Assembly: GCF_037042905.1 (NCBI RefSeq)
Contig: NC_087251.1
Location: 29,638,001 to 29,702,000, forward strand
Direction: 5' to 3'
DNA length: 64,000 bases
Source of the DNA: Lytechinus pictus
Lineage: Eukaryota
Below, piece after piece: positions 1-14,203 of this stretch; the first letter of the stretch is position 1, and each line of letters opens with the position of its first letter. Under the pieces are notes generated by a model. The model worked only from the letters and a program-made list of their open reading frames with translations. It made no database searches and was not told where the DNA came from. The position numbers and the translations under genes were made by a program.

Positions 1-3000
1 TACAAATAGCATATCTTCTCACTATGGAACTCCACTCCTGTGCAGACATTTTTGGGGGGTATGTGTGGTAGGGTGTGTCAAAACCCCAGTCTTTGCAGTA
101 CTTGATTTACCCGAGTTTTATCGTTTTTTATATAATTTTTTAATCAAAATTTTTCCTTTATAATCTATAAGCAAAAAACCTTGCTGAATGTCTAAGCTTT
201 GATAGCATACAAATTAATAAATGAATGTTATATTTCAGGATAGCGTCACAGATCCATATCCAAGTTGACCTTGTCCTCCCAGTCATGAACATAGTTCCAG
301 CACAACAACCACTAAGGCGTGCCCTTCACTACCCCACCCCTCCTTCTTCTTTAAAATCCCTTGTTGCGCAACTCATGCGCAACTGCACGAATCAAAATGC
401 TGATCTTATAAATACCAAATGCGACTTTATTTTAGTGCCTTACTGGTTAAAATGTTATTGTATGAAATTCTGATGAGGACATGATTTCTCTTTCCTCATG
501 AAAGATGATATATGATACGGTATACATATAGGCCTACACAGTAACGTATGAACGAATACAAAATAATAATGACCAGACGTCGCGTAGTAGGAAAAAAAAG
601 TTGCAAGTAAGCGAAGCGTGTGAGCAAAATTGTTTGACATTCTTGGTACAACAATCGAATTTTGTGATTGAATTTGACATACTTTTCAGAATATTATATC
701 ATATTTCACCCTTTTCTTGTTCGTTTCTTTTTATTTTTCTCCCTTTTTTCTGGGTAGTAAAACTTTTGGGGGACATATGGCCCGATCGAAACCACCAATC
801 TGTACGCCAGTGGGCCTTTACATAGTGGTTTAGACTAGATCTTCCCATTCAGCGGAACTCGATTTCTTTCCCATACTATAATGTACCTTCATATCAGGAA
901 GAGCGCAGCGAGCGAGAATATAATATTGTAATTGAACTGTCGTTTCACCTTGCTTGCTGCATTCACCTGCATGCTTTTTATAAGCAGCTAGTGTAGTCTT
1001 ATTATTATTACAGTGAGTTGAAAAAAAAACGAACCCTTCTTTGTGGCAAAAATGTAATTTCTCCAATCAAAATATCCCTGAAATCCCTATCAAATTCATA
1101 TCACCTCGCTGTTCGTATGCCTTTGCCTGTGTTTGTGTCGGGAGGGGCCGGGTGATGATTGTCACATTAATCTACACAATCATGTTTTATCAGGGTAGAG
1201 ATTGGGTAGGATTATTCTTTAAGATAAAATCTAACCTGTTATCAAAATACCACATAAATTCTACCGGCAAGGAGGAAATAAATAGCAGGAACTGCACAGA
1301 CCCTGAAATTCAATCACTGAGAATAAGAAAAATAAAACTAAAGATATGCCTAAGAATTATGTCGCTTCCAAATAAATACAAATTTCCTGCTTTTATTCTT
1401 TCATAACAACTTTCGAACTCTAACAATTCTTCTCTGCTCTCTTACCAAACACATTCTTCTTTTTTTCCTTCGTATAAATTGAGAGAAGTAGCCTATAGAG
1501 ATAAGGGCATGCGTGGTGAGCCAAAAAAAATTGAGGGGGCCGCGGACATGGCGTTACATGCAAATCTTCGACATTTTATTTAAAAAACCCAATATATATA
1601 TTTCGGCATAACATCAAAAAAAAAAAAATCATATTTCACCCTTCTCTCTTTCCCTTTTTTTTTTTTTTTTTTTTTTGGGGGGGGGGGCAAGCCCCCTAAA
1701 CTGTACGCCACTGGAAGGGGGCAATGGAGTGTGTGTTTGGGAGGAGGCGCGAGGGGGAGGGGGTTATGTTTTTCTTCTATTCAATTAACAAATTGGGGTT
1801 TTCTTCCTAATACTTTGGCAATGATTGTCCTTGCTCTTACCCGATCATGTGATCATGTCACGTGATTTGGCAAAGGAAGCAACGGTAAAAGTGACATTTC
1901 CTGTAAGTGATCAATGGCTATCATTATTCAATGTCATGGAGTAATCTCTTTCATAACATTATCACCTCATATTAGCAAAATTAGTTTTTTAGTTATAGGC
2001 CTATGATGATGTTTATACGCATAAAATATGAGTAAACAGCTTGTTAATATTAACACCTTAAAATTTGATATGTTTTGTCCTAGCCAGAGGTATTTCTTAC
2101 GCCCACAAAAGAAAACATCGTGAACTCTCTGGTGATGTTTTATTTTTGAACTCTTATCTTGCAAATTTTGTTATAGGATATCAGCAAGGAGCTTCCAACA
2201 CAGCTCCTTGATATCAGACACCTATAGACAAAGATTACATCCTGAAAAATATCCAGCTCATTCGATTTATACTAAGAAATATTATTTTGTGGAAAAAAAA
2301 AGAAAACAGAAAAACACTCAGATGTTTTGTTGCGGATCAGGCACCCGAAAAAATAAATCTTCTTGTAAAATCGCAAAACTTGTCTTGTAAAACACATTTT
2401 ATTTGTTCATATCCTCCACATCAAAACTGATTTAGGCGTTCATAATTGATGGATTCGATTAGTGACCCACCCCCTACTAAATACATATCAAGTATTGATC
2501 AATACAAATCCGTTATATCCAGTATATGGCGTATAATAGATGGGGACACCCCTCCCCACGGAATGGAAAATTGGGGGAAATAAGAAAAAGGGAAAGGGTG
2601 AAAGACCATTTACCGAACATATTTTTTCAAATTCTGTAAAAAAAAATAAAAATAAGGTCAACTTTTTTCTAGCTCACGACTCAAGAAATATGCCCCATAC
2701 CTACCAAGTTCTTCCCCCTCTTCTATCAATGGCTCATTAACCCCTCTGAATCCAGTCTATAAATTCTAAAGATATCGCTTTCACTGAATATTTACGGTTG
2801 CACCAGATGCACGAGACTGTAAACAAAATAGTGATTGAGTTTAAGGAAGGAGTTACCAGTTTAAGTGTTTTGAAATCTACAAAAGAAATTCGGACTATAA
2901 ATTAAAAGGCAATTATTAGATTATGTACGTGGACACAATATTTGAAACGGAAAGTTAATGATTACTTACAGTTTAGCTTATTCGGAGCAGGAACACGGCA

Positions 3001-4407
3001 AATGAGACGGGATAATGATATGTGCAGGCCAGTGACTGACGAAATAACTCGATATGTACACGTCAAGTGCCTATATGGATCTCGGGATAGATATTTGCTC
3101 ATTTAATTTATCCGGCGTCGGAATAGTGGTGCGGGTACATAATGAGGGGCGACTCACCAGGAAAGAAAACTGGGCAAGTCATCCCATCTGAGCAAAACAT
3201 TTACGCCCTCTTTAGGCAATGTTAACCTAGGGAATTCCTGATTTTACATTTCATCGACCACTGCCTCTAATTCTGAACTTCGAAAATTATAATTGTTTCA
3301 TTTCATTACTAATCATAATCAGACTGTAGCCGATATGGATGTGAAAAGGCGTAGTCCGAGTTAGAACTTTCTCATACTGCACAGTTGTTCCGGTTGATCG
3401 ATTAATTGTTTTCGTTGATAAACCTTTCTAATAAATGCATTTGAATTGATGTATATGTGTAGATGCCATGCAACCTTTATCGTTTATTTCATTTCAGAAA
3501 TAAATTATAATCAATTTGATTGACTATTATAGTAATATTCATTATAAGTTTTCATTCTTGCGTCAAGTTTATGTAGCTTTATTATTTTTAATTTTTCTGT
3601 CCCCTTTTCCCCCAACATCTCCACCCCCTTAGTTCCGTCTGTCTATTTTTCTCCTCTAGGTCTTGTTCTCTCTGCGTCTGTCTGTCTGTCTGTCCATCTC
3701 TCCCTCTTTCTTTCTCCCCTCTCTCTTTCATTTGCTCTCGAATTTAATTAAACTAGCGAATCTGTTTTCAACATGACCATGTAGTTTGTACCGTGTAGGG
3801 GCGGTTCCTATTAAAGTATTTAAATAGAGAGGCAAGGAGACCCAGCCGTGTTAATATTGATTTATCATTTTAGCAAAAAAATATGGATATTATATTTAAT
3901 TCTTCCCTTCGTTGTTTTCATTTATCTTTCTTGTCTTGTAAAATATGTTTTCCTTTCTCTTTTCTGTACTACTAGTATGTAAAATGCTTGAAAACTAAAC
4001 AGGAGCATGCTTTGACCCATAACTTCTGCCTGTAATGTGACATCTCCCATGCTATTAGAAGCAAACCGGTGTTTGCTCTGGGGTGATCAGGCTCATTAGT
4101 CATCTATTTTACTATAATATTGTTGGATTTTTTTTTTACCAGAATGGTTCTAGTCAGTCAAATATGACCAAATGACTAGTTTTCCTTCTTTTTCACTATA
4201 GTTTCACTATTCTTCACCATGAGTTAAGTCTGCTTCCTTCACTATTTCCTGATGGTGATGTATTCACATACAATTGGAGTGTTGCTCATGACTATGCTAG
4301 TATCACCAATGAGGTCAATTTTAATGGAAAACACTTGGTAATATCCTCATTTTTTAAACTGGCAAAAGTCAAACCAAACAAAAACATAGAAGTATTTTTT
4401 ATACGTT

Positions 4408-4611
4408 CACTCTAAAAACACTAAGTAAAATTTTACCCAATATTGGGTAGAAAGGGAACATGTATGCTAGTTTGCTGGGTATTTTTTTACCCCGTATTGG
4501 GCTATTTCAACGCAACATTGCGTAAAATTTACAAAATATTGGGCATCTTTTTACCCAACCAACATGCATGTTCCCATTTTACCTAATATTGGGTAAACTT
4601 CTTTTAGAGCG
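4408..4611. mobile_element. CACTA/EnSpm-like MITE
   Basis: Termini CACTCTAAAA...TTTTAGAGCG, TT on both flanks (2-bp TSD), internal repeats of TTTACCCAATATTGGGTA. Confidence 0.6.
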
Positions 4612-5444
4612 TTTGCACATGATATTATTTCACTTTAAACAAAGATTCGTCGATGAAAGGAAGCAATATATGATGGAGGTGGTGGTAGATTTTCTTTGGA
4701 TTTCCATACACACCCATAAACTTCTAAAGAAGGAAAAGAAGAATCGCAAAGTGATAAGAAAAGAAGATAATCCATTTTGGCAGTCGATTGTCTTCAATTC
4801 ACCCCGGACCTATGCGGTAGGAGGGTAGCCAGGGTTCACACCAATAATCCTGATTGATCTTGGCAGCTAATTCTTATCTTTCCTCTTGTATACAAGAAAG
4901 GAAACCAAGGAAAGCGGGTCTTTTGTTTTTGATCTGGCCAAGACGAAAAGGAGCATCTTGGCGCCCGGACACGCTCTCGCTACACCCTTGATAGTCGGAA
5001 ATGGGGGGCTGATGCCAAGTCAGACGACCCTGAGGGTAGGTCGATCTGAAACTAAAGGCGATATCTTTCTCCATAGGTTTCATCGCAGAGGCCAATAAGA
5101 GGACACTGGTATTGATTTCATTATTCGTCATTCAATATTTTTCAATTATTATATTAGAATATTGATAAAACCTTTGTTAATCTCATAAAATACCAAAATG
5201 CACTCTAAATAACCTTTAAAATAACATTCATTGATATAGTATCAATGTATGTACCTATATTGTAACAGATTAAAATACTTTAATAGAGTATATTTAGGCA
5301 TAAGATTATCGTTTTCAAATTTCAAGTACAGTTCTTCTTCTTAATTCCCATTTGCGTGCCTTCATATTCGTTCTATTATTGTAAAAAGGGAATATAACCT
5401 GTATTTCCTTCTGAGCAATTAGGGAAAGAACATTTAAGGGTGTG

Positions 5445-5770
5445 TGGGGACGTCGCGGTCTAGTGGTTAAGACTCTCGTCTTTCGTGTTCGATTCCCAAC
5501 CATGGCGTGTTTTTCTTCAGCAAGAAATTAACCCACATTGTGCTGCACTCACCCCAAGTGAGATGAATGGGTACCCGGTCGGAAGAAATTCCTTGAATGC
5601 CAAAGCGCCTGTATAGGCACCACGGCTATAGCCGGGGTAATAATAATAATGATAAATAATAACATTATTGTAATACGCAGAAGAGTATATACATATAGAA
5701 ATTGCGCAATATAAATGTACAATTATTATTATAATTATTATTATATTTATTATAATTATTATTATATTTA
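5445..5770 (+). mobile_element. tRNA-derived SINE with Nin/Deu-like core and L2-like 3' tail
   Basis: A-box-like TAGTGGTTAA, B-box GTTCGATTCC, core ...GAATGGGTACCCGG, 3' GCGCAATATAAAT followed by (ATT)n tail. Confidence 0.7.
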
Positions 5771-7436
5771 TGTGGGTGTTAGGGTGTGTGAGTGTGAAGA
5801 GATCGCTATGTTTTTTTACGTTTTTATTATAAATATTCAAGAATCACAATCTTAACAATAAATTTACAATGATCACAGTATAAATATTAAGAACATCACA
5901 AGAATAAATATTGAGAGCGAAAAGAAAAAGAAATTCAGGCAGAGCATTATGTATATAATTTATTGAAGCTCCGAGGCTGACAAAATATGAAACAAGAGTT
6001 GTTGGAGAAACCAGCCAATCGAATTTGCCTCATGACCAGCCTACCAAAACAGAAACCAATATGAACCAATTATGTAATGTAATGTACATCTATTTATGTA
6101 TTCATAATCGACGCATATTTTTTTCTTGCTTATCTTTCTGCTTCATATCCCCGCAATTTCTTGTTTATTTCATCAAATATTTCAATATATTGGTTTTTTA
6201 TGGTGCCCCTTTCTTTAAAAAAAATCGTTCGTAATAATTCCCCATTTCAAAATAATATTGCCTCCTTTTTTTAAATAAAGAGTACATTTTTTTCGGAGTA
6301 AATAGGGACCCTTCCCCTATTTTAGCTTGTCAGATTTTTGTAGTAAAATGTTGTCCTTTTATTCCTGGTCAAAGATTTCTGCAAAACGCTATCGAACAAC
6401 TTCCTGTGCCCCCATTTATTCATAACAAGGGAATAATTCGAAAAATAATGATTAATAAGCCCTCTAGTTGTTAATGAAAAACTTTCTTCACGAGAATATT
6501 AACCCTTTTGTAAATTATAAATAGTGATCGTTATGAATATCAAACATACACCCTTTTTATATGCTTGTAGAAATATACACTAATACATAGCATCCTTGTC
6601 CATTGTCGTAAAACCTACAATGATTTTGTCTTGTATGTGTAGTCACTGTAAATTATATAAATATTATAAGCATAATGGTTGGTTTAGGGGCTGCAATTTG
6701 TACAAAGAATTTAATTTTTGCGAATCATTGTATTTCAACCTTTTCATCATTGAATTGCCTTGAACACCAAGCTGATTTGAATTTTTTTCACATTCCAAAC
6801 AAAATTACATATCCCTATTTAATAAGAATATTTTTTTACCTCATCTTTTCTACTGCTTGCTTGCAATATTTTCCAAAATGCTGCACTATATCAAATTGTC
6901 ACACCCTAAACTTTTCATTAAATCTCCTATTTTGCAATTCAAGGTATGTTCTCTTTGAAATTACTATTAGACTTTATTTTGATTTTGGTAATGATAATTA
7001 TGACCAGATGATATAAAAAAAAGCAAAAAAAAAATATTGAAGAAGATCAGTTCCAGTTCAAAGGATTTCGAATTTATTTATTTGTAATGATGATTTCATC
7101 TCCCGATTCTAATGTTTGAGGAGTAACTCGGACTCCCCTGATACGAAAACGGAAGAGCCCAATTTCTCCCCCAAAACCCACTAAACCGACATTCATGCTC
7201 CGTGAGGGGGAAGAAGGAGGGGTCGAGGGCTTTGAGGGGAGTTCCCTAATAGTCTCGCTGGTATTGCAAGATTCATGACCCATTGCAATGCTGCGTATAT
7301 AATGAGGGGGGGGGGGGTGAAATATTCCACATTTTATATAACGTGAAAATGTAGTGGTTGCCGTCTCTTGTATATAATTGTCTATTTTATACGACAGTAT
7401 GTATATACAAAGAGATAATCCGATTTTAGAGGGCTT

Positions 7437-7513
7437 ACGATGTTTCATTCCTTCTTTTGGGCGTATTCCATAATAATTATGGAATACGCCCAAAAGAAGG
7501 AATGAAACATCGT
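7437..7513. repeat. perfect palindrome, 38-bp arms with 1-nt spacer
   Basis: ACGATGTTTCATTCCTTCTTTTGGGCGTATTCCATAAT-A-ATTATGGAATACGCCCAAAAGAAGGAATGAAACATCGT. Confidence 0.9.
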
Positions 7514-8559
7514 TAGCAGTAAAATCGGGTTTTTGCACCAGACATTCTCCTAGGTCCCTGGTAGGGGTAATCTATAATTTGTTAATCCCACCACATACGT
7601 CACCAAACTGTCTAATGACTTGTCATCACACATCCAGGGATTGCATGGGGCGAAAAACCACATTTTCAATGGCTGACCCGGTAAATGTTTCACCCCAACT
7701 ACGGTATAGTGGTATATTTAGGATGGGTTGCAAGGGGCATATGGACCAAACCTTTCATAATAATGTGCAGTCGCGTAATGAGCCAACAATTTTTAGGGGG
7801 CGATATGGCGTATCAGTTTTATTTAAAAATTTGCGAGTGAGCGAAGTGAGTGAGCAAAAATTTCGACATTTTTATTACAAAAATTCAAGTTTGTCAGATT
7901 TTTATATAATGTTCAGAAAATTATATCCTTCTATCTTTCCTTTTGTCTTTTTTTCTCTTGGTCATTATTTTTTTTGGGGAGGAGGGTGGTGGGAGCGCCC
8001 CAGCGCCCCATCTGTATGCCACTTATTATGGGCACCAATGGGTCATAGTACAATGGAGTAAAGAAAATTTTGTTTGAAAATTTCAAGTTCTGATGAAAAT
8101 GAACCTTTATTTACTAATATGGAGTACAAAGTCTGAGTTGTTGAAATTATACGATTCTTCAGTGCAATTTTCTGGATACTGTGGTAGCCGATATTCATGC
8201 CAATTTACCGTACGATCGTGTCCCAAGATCCTAGGGCATACATACCAAAAACAACCGAACTAATTAGTTGCGTGTGTCAAAACTTGAGCGAGCGCAGCGA
8301 CCGAGTGGGAAAGCTCTACGTTCGTGGTGCTGATATGGTTATTTTAGAGCAATATCATTTTATGATTTGAAGTTTCTTTTTGTAGTCTTTCCAGAAAATA
8401 TAGGGGTAATACCAATTATTTTCCCTCACCCCTTTACTTCTGACGCCTGTACGAATGGTAACCCCTTGTCAAAGCTCTACTTTCCAGGGTTTTATGCGGT
8501 TGAACCTATTTTCATACAAAAAGAAGCAAAAAGAAAGCGGAAGACGGGGAGTGCATCAC

Positions 8560-8752
8560 AAAGCCTCCGCTCCGCCCCTTCCTCATCCTCCCATTGACAC
8601 CTCATCGTCTCCGCCGTACGTTCACACACGAAGATGAAAACCCGGCTTCCCGTTTCGTGTTGAAGACTTTCCTGACTCACTTGATGCTGGAGAGCAGACA
8701 CCGATACAACTTTCGAAAACCCCGGCAAACGGAAACTCGGAAACTTCTGCAG
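8560..8752 (+). promoter_or_regulatory. putative promoter and non-coding first exon of the FABP gene
   Basis: CpG-rich patch with GC box (CCGCCC ~8572), AP-1 motif TGACTCA (~8673) and strong donor CAG|GTGAGT at 8752/8753; the FABP ATG exon begins with an acceptor (ttctgcag|13921), so an upstream exon is needed. Confidence 0.4.
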
Positions 8753-11700
8753 GTGAGTCCCGACAACCTTTTATTTTTTATTTAATAGTAATCCATCGTT
8801 TCATCTTGATAGATCAGATTCCAAACCTGTTATAGAATGCAATATGGGAATGTTCTGTATTAAGATATTAACCATGATCTTCCTGTTATTGACCATGTTT
8901 AGAAACTAAACTATTTACTTGTTGGGAATCCAATTTCATGCTTAGCTGGTTGTTTTGTCAGGCAGAGGATCATAATTTTAATGTATTAAATCTGTTTGAA
9001 ATCACTGCTAATATTTCAGGTTGTAAAAAACAACATTCGAAAAAGTTGATTGATCATGGAATTGTTGGTAAACCTTTATTCATCAATCCATTTATTAATT
9101 TTACCTTTAATTCTAACATGTTCAAGAAAGCAGTAGTAATTACGCCAATAAACTATAATGACCACATCATTTCGTAGTTTGTATTCTATTTTTGTGATGT
9201 CGAGATTGCTGTTTTGGTCACTGTTTTTAGTTTTGTTTTCCTTTGGATCTCTTACAATCAACATGATCAAGGAACTTTCTTATACAATGTATGCTTGTAT
9301 AGGGGCGCCAGTCAATTTTCTTAGAAAGGGGCAAGAATTACAGGGATAATGTAAAGGGATACACGTCCCATATCCCTCTTTTTGATAGCCATAACTCTCT
9401 AATTGAATTGATAAAAAAGGTCGTCTGACAAATTATCCTGAAGCCACTCGTGCCTGCAAGTTGGGATTATACTTTGTTAAATCGTGTTCATCACTTCTTG
9501 AGGAATTAAGATTTTGGATAAATGAATCTGGTTCAACGGTAGCAAAATGTTACTTGCGATTATAAAAACAAAAGATAATAATGCCCATTTTGAGTATTTC
9601 GTGTGGTCTCTCGGCTGTTTTATTGTTGCGAAAGTGGAACTAAAATTCAAATTTGAATATTCAATGGAAATCTAAGTAATTTTACGGCCCCCATACCCTC
9701 CCGCACCGGAAATACAATTAATCATAGCCTACGATCCTTACTGATCTTGTTGTTATTATTTATTTGGGATATAAGTCTGAAATACAAATATATTTATAAA
9801 TTTTGTGATTAGGCATATTCGTTCTTTATCGTGTTTATATAACATGATTTCATGAGCACCGTGTAGAGATCAATAATCTCATCCATCTCATTTATATAAA
9901 GAGTCTATTTAATAACTCACTCCCATATTTCGCCCGGTTACCATTTTCCACATTGCTTTGGAGAAAAAAAGTATCACTCATGTATGCAATTACTTCAACC
10001 ATCAACAGGGACCTGTTTGCATAAAACTAAACTTTTTATTACATGGAATACTGGCTTTTGATTGGCTGGCTTGTTTGTCAACAGCCAATCATAAGCCAGT
10101 ATTTCATGAATTGTACCATGAGTATTGAGAGATAGATAGTTTCAAATCACTGCAGGACTTAATGGTGATCTGCAGGCTGGTCGTCTGTTAAATCACATTC
10201 AATATCTATTTGATATAATTAATTCATCATGAAAGTAAGATCATAACTGGGTTTTATCCATAGTGGACAAAGACTCTATCATAAATTTCCTATCATTCCT
10301 AAGCAATAAATGACAATATGGATGTTAGCTTATTCATATAGTCAAAATTCACTTCGTCAATTGTTTTTAGTAACATGTCTTCGTTTGCTGCCCGGAGATC
10401 CTGGGAGAAGTGACTGATCCACCGACTATCAGTTCTGAAGAGAATTAATTGTTTTATTTCCCTAAAATTAATTTCAGTTGTTGACGATCAATCCCATGTT
10501 TATGCACCTTTAAGGGCTGTTTTAGTGATTGAATGAACAGGGATTATTTCAGCAACACTCAAATAACATAGCCAGGCACATAAGTACGCATTTTAAAAGC
10601 TGTAACACAAGGGTAAAGGGTCAGTTATACCGACCATACCGCCTCCAGACCGATCAATACTGTTACTGTTATTTCCAGTAACATACAATCGTTCGGTTTG
10701 GAGTTGGGTTCACAGTTGTGACTGTGCATACGAGTTGTGTGGTTTTAGGAGTATTATGTTTCGCGTGGGAACCCAAATTTCTCCCTCCTAAATCTCCCGC
10801 TCGAGACAGCCCTGCAATTTTTCTTCTTTTTTTTCCTTGCTAAATTTAATGAAAAGGGGCAGACGCTTTTGAACGTGACCTGCCAGAGTTTGTACATGAC
10901 TGAGATGACTCAGAAAACCCATACCACAGTCAACACAGAATTTGTACCAAAGTTTGTAATGATTTATTTATTCATGCTTCCAGTCTCTCACCACCTTACG
11001 TGTTGTGTCAGTATGATTAAAGGTGAACATGCATGGTGAGCATGGTGAGTTTACCGGAATCAACTCTGTGTTATAAAACAGGTTCAAAAGTTTACAATAC
11101 TCAACGAATTATGTATAAACTTTTGAGCATTGCCCCATTTTAAACGAAATTGTAGAGTTCCAGAACAGTTAACAACCTGAAATGAAATTATTCAAACATT
11201 TTTTTCCAAAAAGAGCGTAACTTCTCACGATTATCGTCACAAAATTGACGACGAAAAAAAGTGTCAGTTTAGCCATATATAGAATAAAAGTATACCCTGT
11301 CATCAAGCAGTTACGATTATGTTAATTTTGCCCTCGTGGTAAATACCATGGTAACAAGTTCATAGACGATCAAAATCAAAGTCTCGGTGTAGGACTATTT
11401 ACAACAATGGCAAGTTATCATCATCGTAACATTTTCATGCAGGCCCAGATTGTTAACCGGATTATTTTTTTAAGTGATCATCTCAGATAATTCAATACCA
11501 GGGGAATTGATAATCAAACATGCGTTGTTTTTTTTTGAAGTAGAAAGCTTAAAACCATATATGGATCGTTCAAAGACAAAAAGGGAAAAGGGGAATTAAA
11601 CATTTATGAAGATAAAATCGCCAATAGGTAACATTGTCCTGATTATACTTCAAACGAAATTGTTTGAATTGTTAATGTTTTTTATGAGAATCTGAACGAT

Positions 11701-11819
11701 CATTATTTTCAATTCAATTTAATTTAATGCTAACACTTAAGTGTTTCAAAATTTGATTATGCTTGAGTGTAAGAAATGAATTGATGGGCATAAGATCATG
11801 ATCTGAGAAATGTTTATTA

Positions 11820-12367
11820 CCCTTTTTACACAGGATTTTCTTAGCCCCGGACTATCGCTAACCCCGTACTATCCTTAACCCCGTACTATTTTTTTTCCTT
11901 TTTACACATGCCAAATTGTTATTGCTAACCCCGGATAAGGAATCCTTGCTTTTCACACACGAAACTCGCTAACCCCGGACTAGTGGTTTTTGTCGATCAT
12001 TCGTAGTACAAGTACTTCACTCGTACCTTTTTACACACGCTACAATTTCCTTAACCCCGTACTATAGGTGGGGCCAAATTGCCATTTAGCCACACTATAG
12101 TACGGGGTTAAGCTTAGCCCACTTTCGTTTTACACTAGCGATCTTAACCCCGTACTATCGCTCTTAGCACCGCAATTGCTGGGATAACCCTGCTTTTTTG
12201 CAGGGCCAAATAATCCCGTACTAAAGGTGAGGTTAGCCCACTTTGCAAAAATGCTGTGTAAAAAGAAAGTGGGCTTAGCTTAACCCCGTACTATAGGTGG
12301 GGCTAAATTGCCATTTAGCCCCACCTATAGTACGGGGTTAAGGAAATTTTAGCGTGTGTAAAAAGGG
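11820..12367. mobile_element. MITE with TIRs and internal repeat array
   Basis: TA|CCCTTTTTACACA...TGTGTAAAAAGGG|TA; many internal TAACCCCGTACTAT motifs in both orientations. Confidence 0.75.
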
Positions 12368-13951
12368 TATAAGTGAGGTATATATTTAAATGTTCGTATT
12401 ATTCATTTGAAAGGTTAATCTAAGTACCCAAAGTACCCAACGTCATCTGACATTTTATTCAGTCTGCATGGGAAAGAACATTGCGTTGAAAAAACATTTT
12501 TTAAAAGGGTAACAAGAAAGCAACAAACAATACTAATGTGAACCAATATGATAAATGAGGAATCCATTTTGGCGCGCCATGACCTGCATGGATTTTTAAA
12601 TTCTTTCAAAGCATGATATTGGTTTGAATATAATTGTTGTTCGATCGTATGGGGATGTGATCGCCTGTTCATTATGGAATCATTATTTCTTTATTTGCTA
12701 TTTAATGCCTGTCTCACATGCACCTGGCAATTTTCATGAGCTAATTCATGGGCGGCGCAACTGGGGGAGCATGGGCGACCCCCCCCCCATGATTTTTCAA
12801 GTGTGAAAATAAAAAAACAAGAGAGCGAGAGAGAGAAGAGGGAAAAGTTAAGAAAGAAGAAAGAAAACTATATGTGCTATTCCGTTTCTTGTTTACTCTT
12901 TAATACCCCTTTTATTGAATTGATGAAAATAACGACGTCACATATTTTTGTCTTCTTGCCCCCCCCCCCCTTCATCATAGCATCCTGGCACCGCCCTGAG
13001 CCAATTAGCTGATGTACGACCGGGTTTCTCATCATTTTATTTATAAACTCGATTGAACAAAACAAAATGATTATTTCATCATCTGACTCGTATCATTAGA
13101 ATAGGGCTCATAATGAATGTCATCATGAGGTGACGTACGTATACGCAAACCATGGTTCAAGATTTTAATGACTATTATTCGTCATTCTGCCAACCACACG
13201 TGAGGGCGCCTGTTGTAGTATGGGATATCATAAGAGCTAAATTGATTTCTCATGAACATTAGCGTAGCTGGAAAGGGGTCTTGGTGTCAGTGGACCCCCA
13301 AAAGATTAAAGACTCCCCCTTCGAAAAAAAAAGGGAAATAGAAAGAAAGGAATGTAAAAGAAATGAAAAGGCGAATATCTTTCTAATATAGTTTGTTATA
13401 ATAAAGATTTTATTTTTAAAAGATCAACGTACATGTTTGTTCGCTCGCGACTTTTAAGAAATTTTAACGACATGTTGTGTCCCCTCAAATATTACCATAC
13501 CGTATATGAATAAGGCTTGTATGTAGGTCTACGATTTATTTACTGTTAACGGATTAACAATATATTTTATCAATGTTTATTGTATTTTGAATTGGACATT
13601 ATTTTGAAAGGTGCATACGAAAAAGCTAAAATGCTCCAGTTGTAGCGACGAAACAGATTACAGAATACCAATAACACGTTATTTTTTCGGGCTTGGGTGT
13701 CTTTTGCCATATATATATATATATATATATATATTTATCAATTATGATATAGCGTTGGTAGTGTAAACAGTCAAACAGCATAAGAAAATCCTATGTAATG
13801 TGGTTAAACAGCACGGCTGCACAATATGATTTTTGTGATTTTTTTTTTGTAGAGAAGCTCCACCCCCACTTCACTTCAGTATGTGTTCATGGTATATATT
13901 TGCCTTTTTTCATTCTGCAGAAAATAAGGCAATCAACTTGCTGCCACCAAA

Positions 13952-14203
13952 ATGCCTACAGACTTCAGCGGTGAGTGGTTGATGGTGAGTCACGGTGAGC
14001 TTAGTAGTGATCTGATGGATACGATGGGTATCCCTGCAGAAATCCGCCCCAGTCTACCGATAAAGACACTCACGGTCAACATCACACAGGATGGAGATCA
14101 GTTTGAGATCTGTAGCAAGACTCCAGAACGCAGTAATAGCTACAGTTTCCAGGTTGGGAAGAGCTTTGAGACCAGCTTGGTCGGCTTTCTACCCAAGATG
14201 ACG
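13952..14203 (+). CDS. fatty acid-binding protein (FABP/iLBP family), coding exon 1; join(13952..14203,14642..14785), 131 aa
   Basis: MPTDFSGEWLMVS (FxGxW motif), ITQDGDQFEI..KT..SYSFQVGKSFE; acceptor at 13920/13921; donor ACG|GTAAAC, phase 0. Confidence 0.88.

Noticed and set aside
5445..5505. tRNA-like A and B boxes
   Set aside because: No complete cloverleaf; continues into a SINE body and tail
7074..8061. 154-aa and 160-aa ORFs
   Set aside because: Cross a palindrome and repeat-derived sequence; no domain motifs or coherent splice sites
11820..12367. CRISPR-like repeated motif array
   Set aside because: Eukaryotic context, irregular spacing, both orientations, bounded by TIRs, no cas genes
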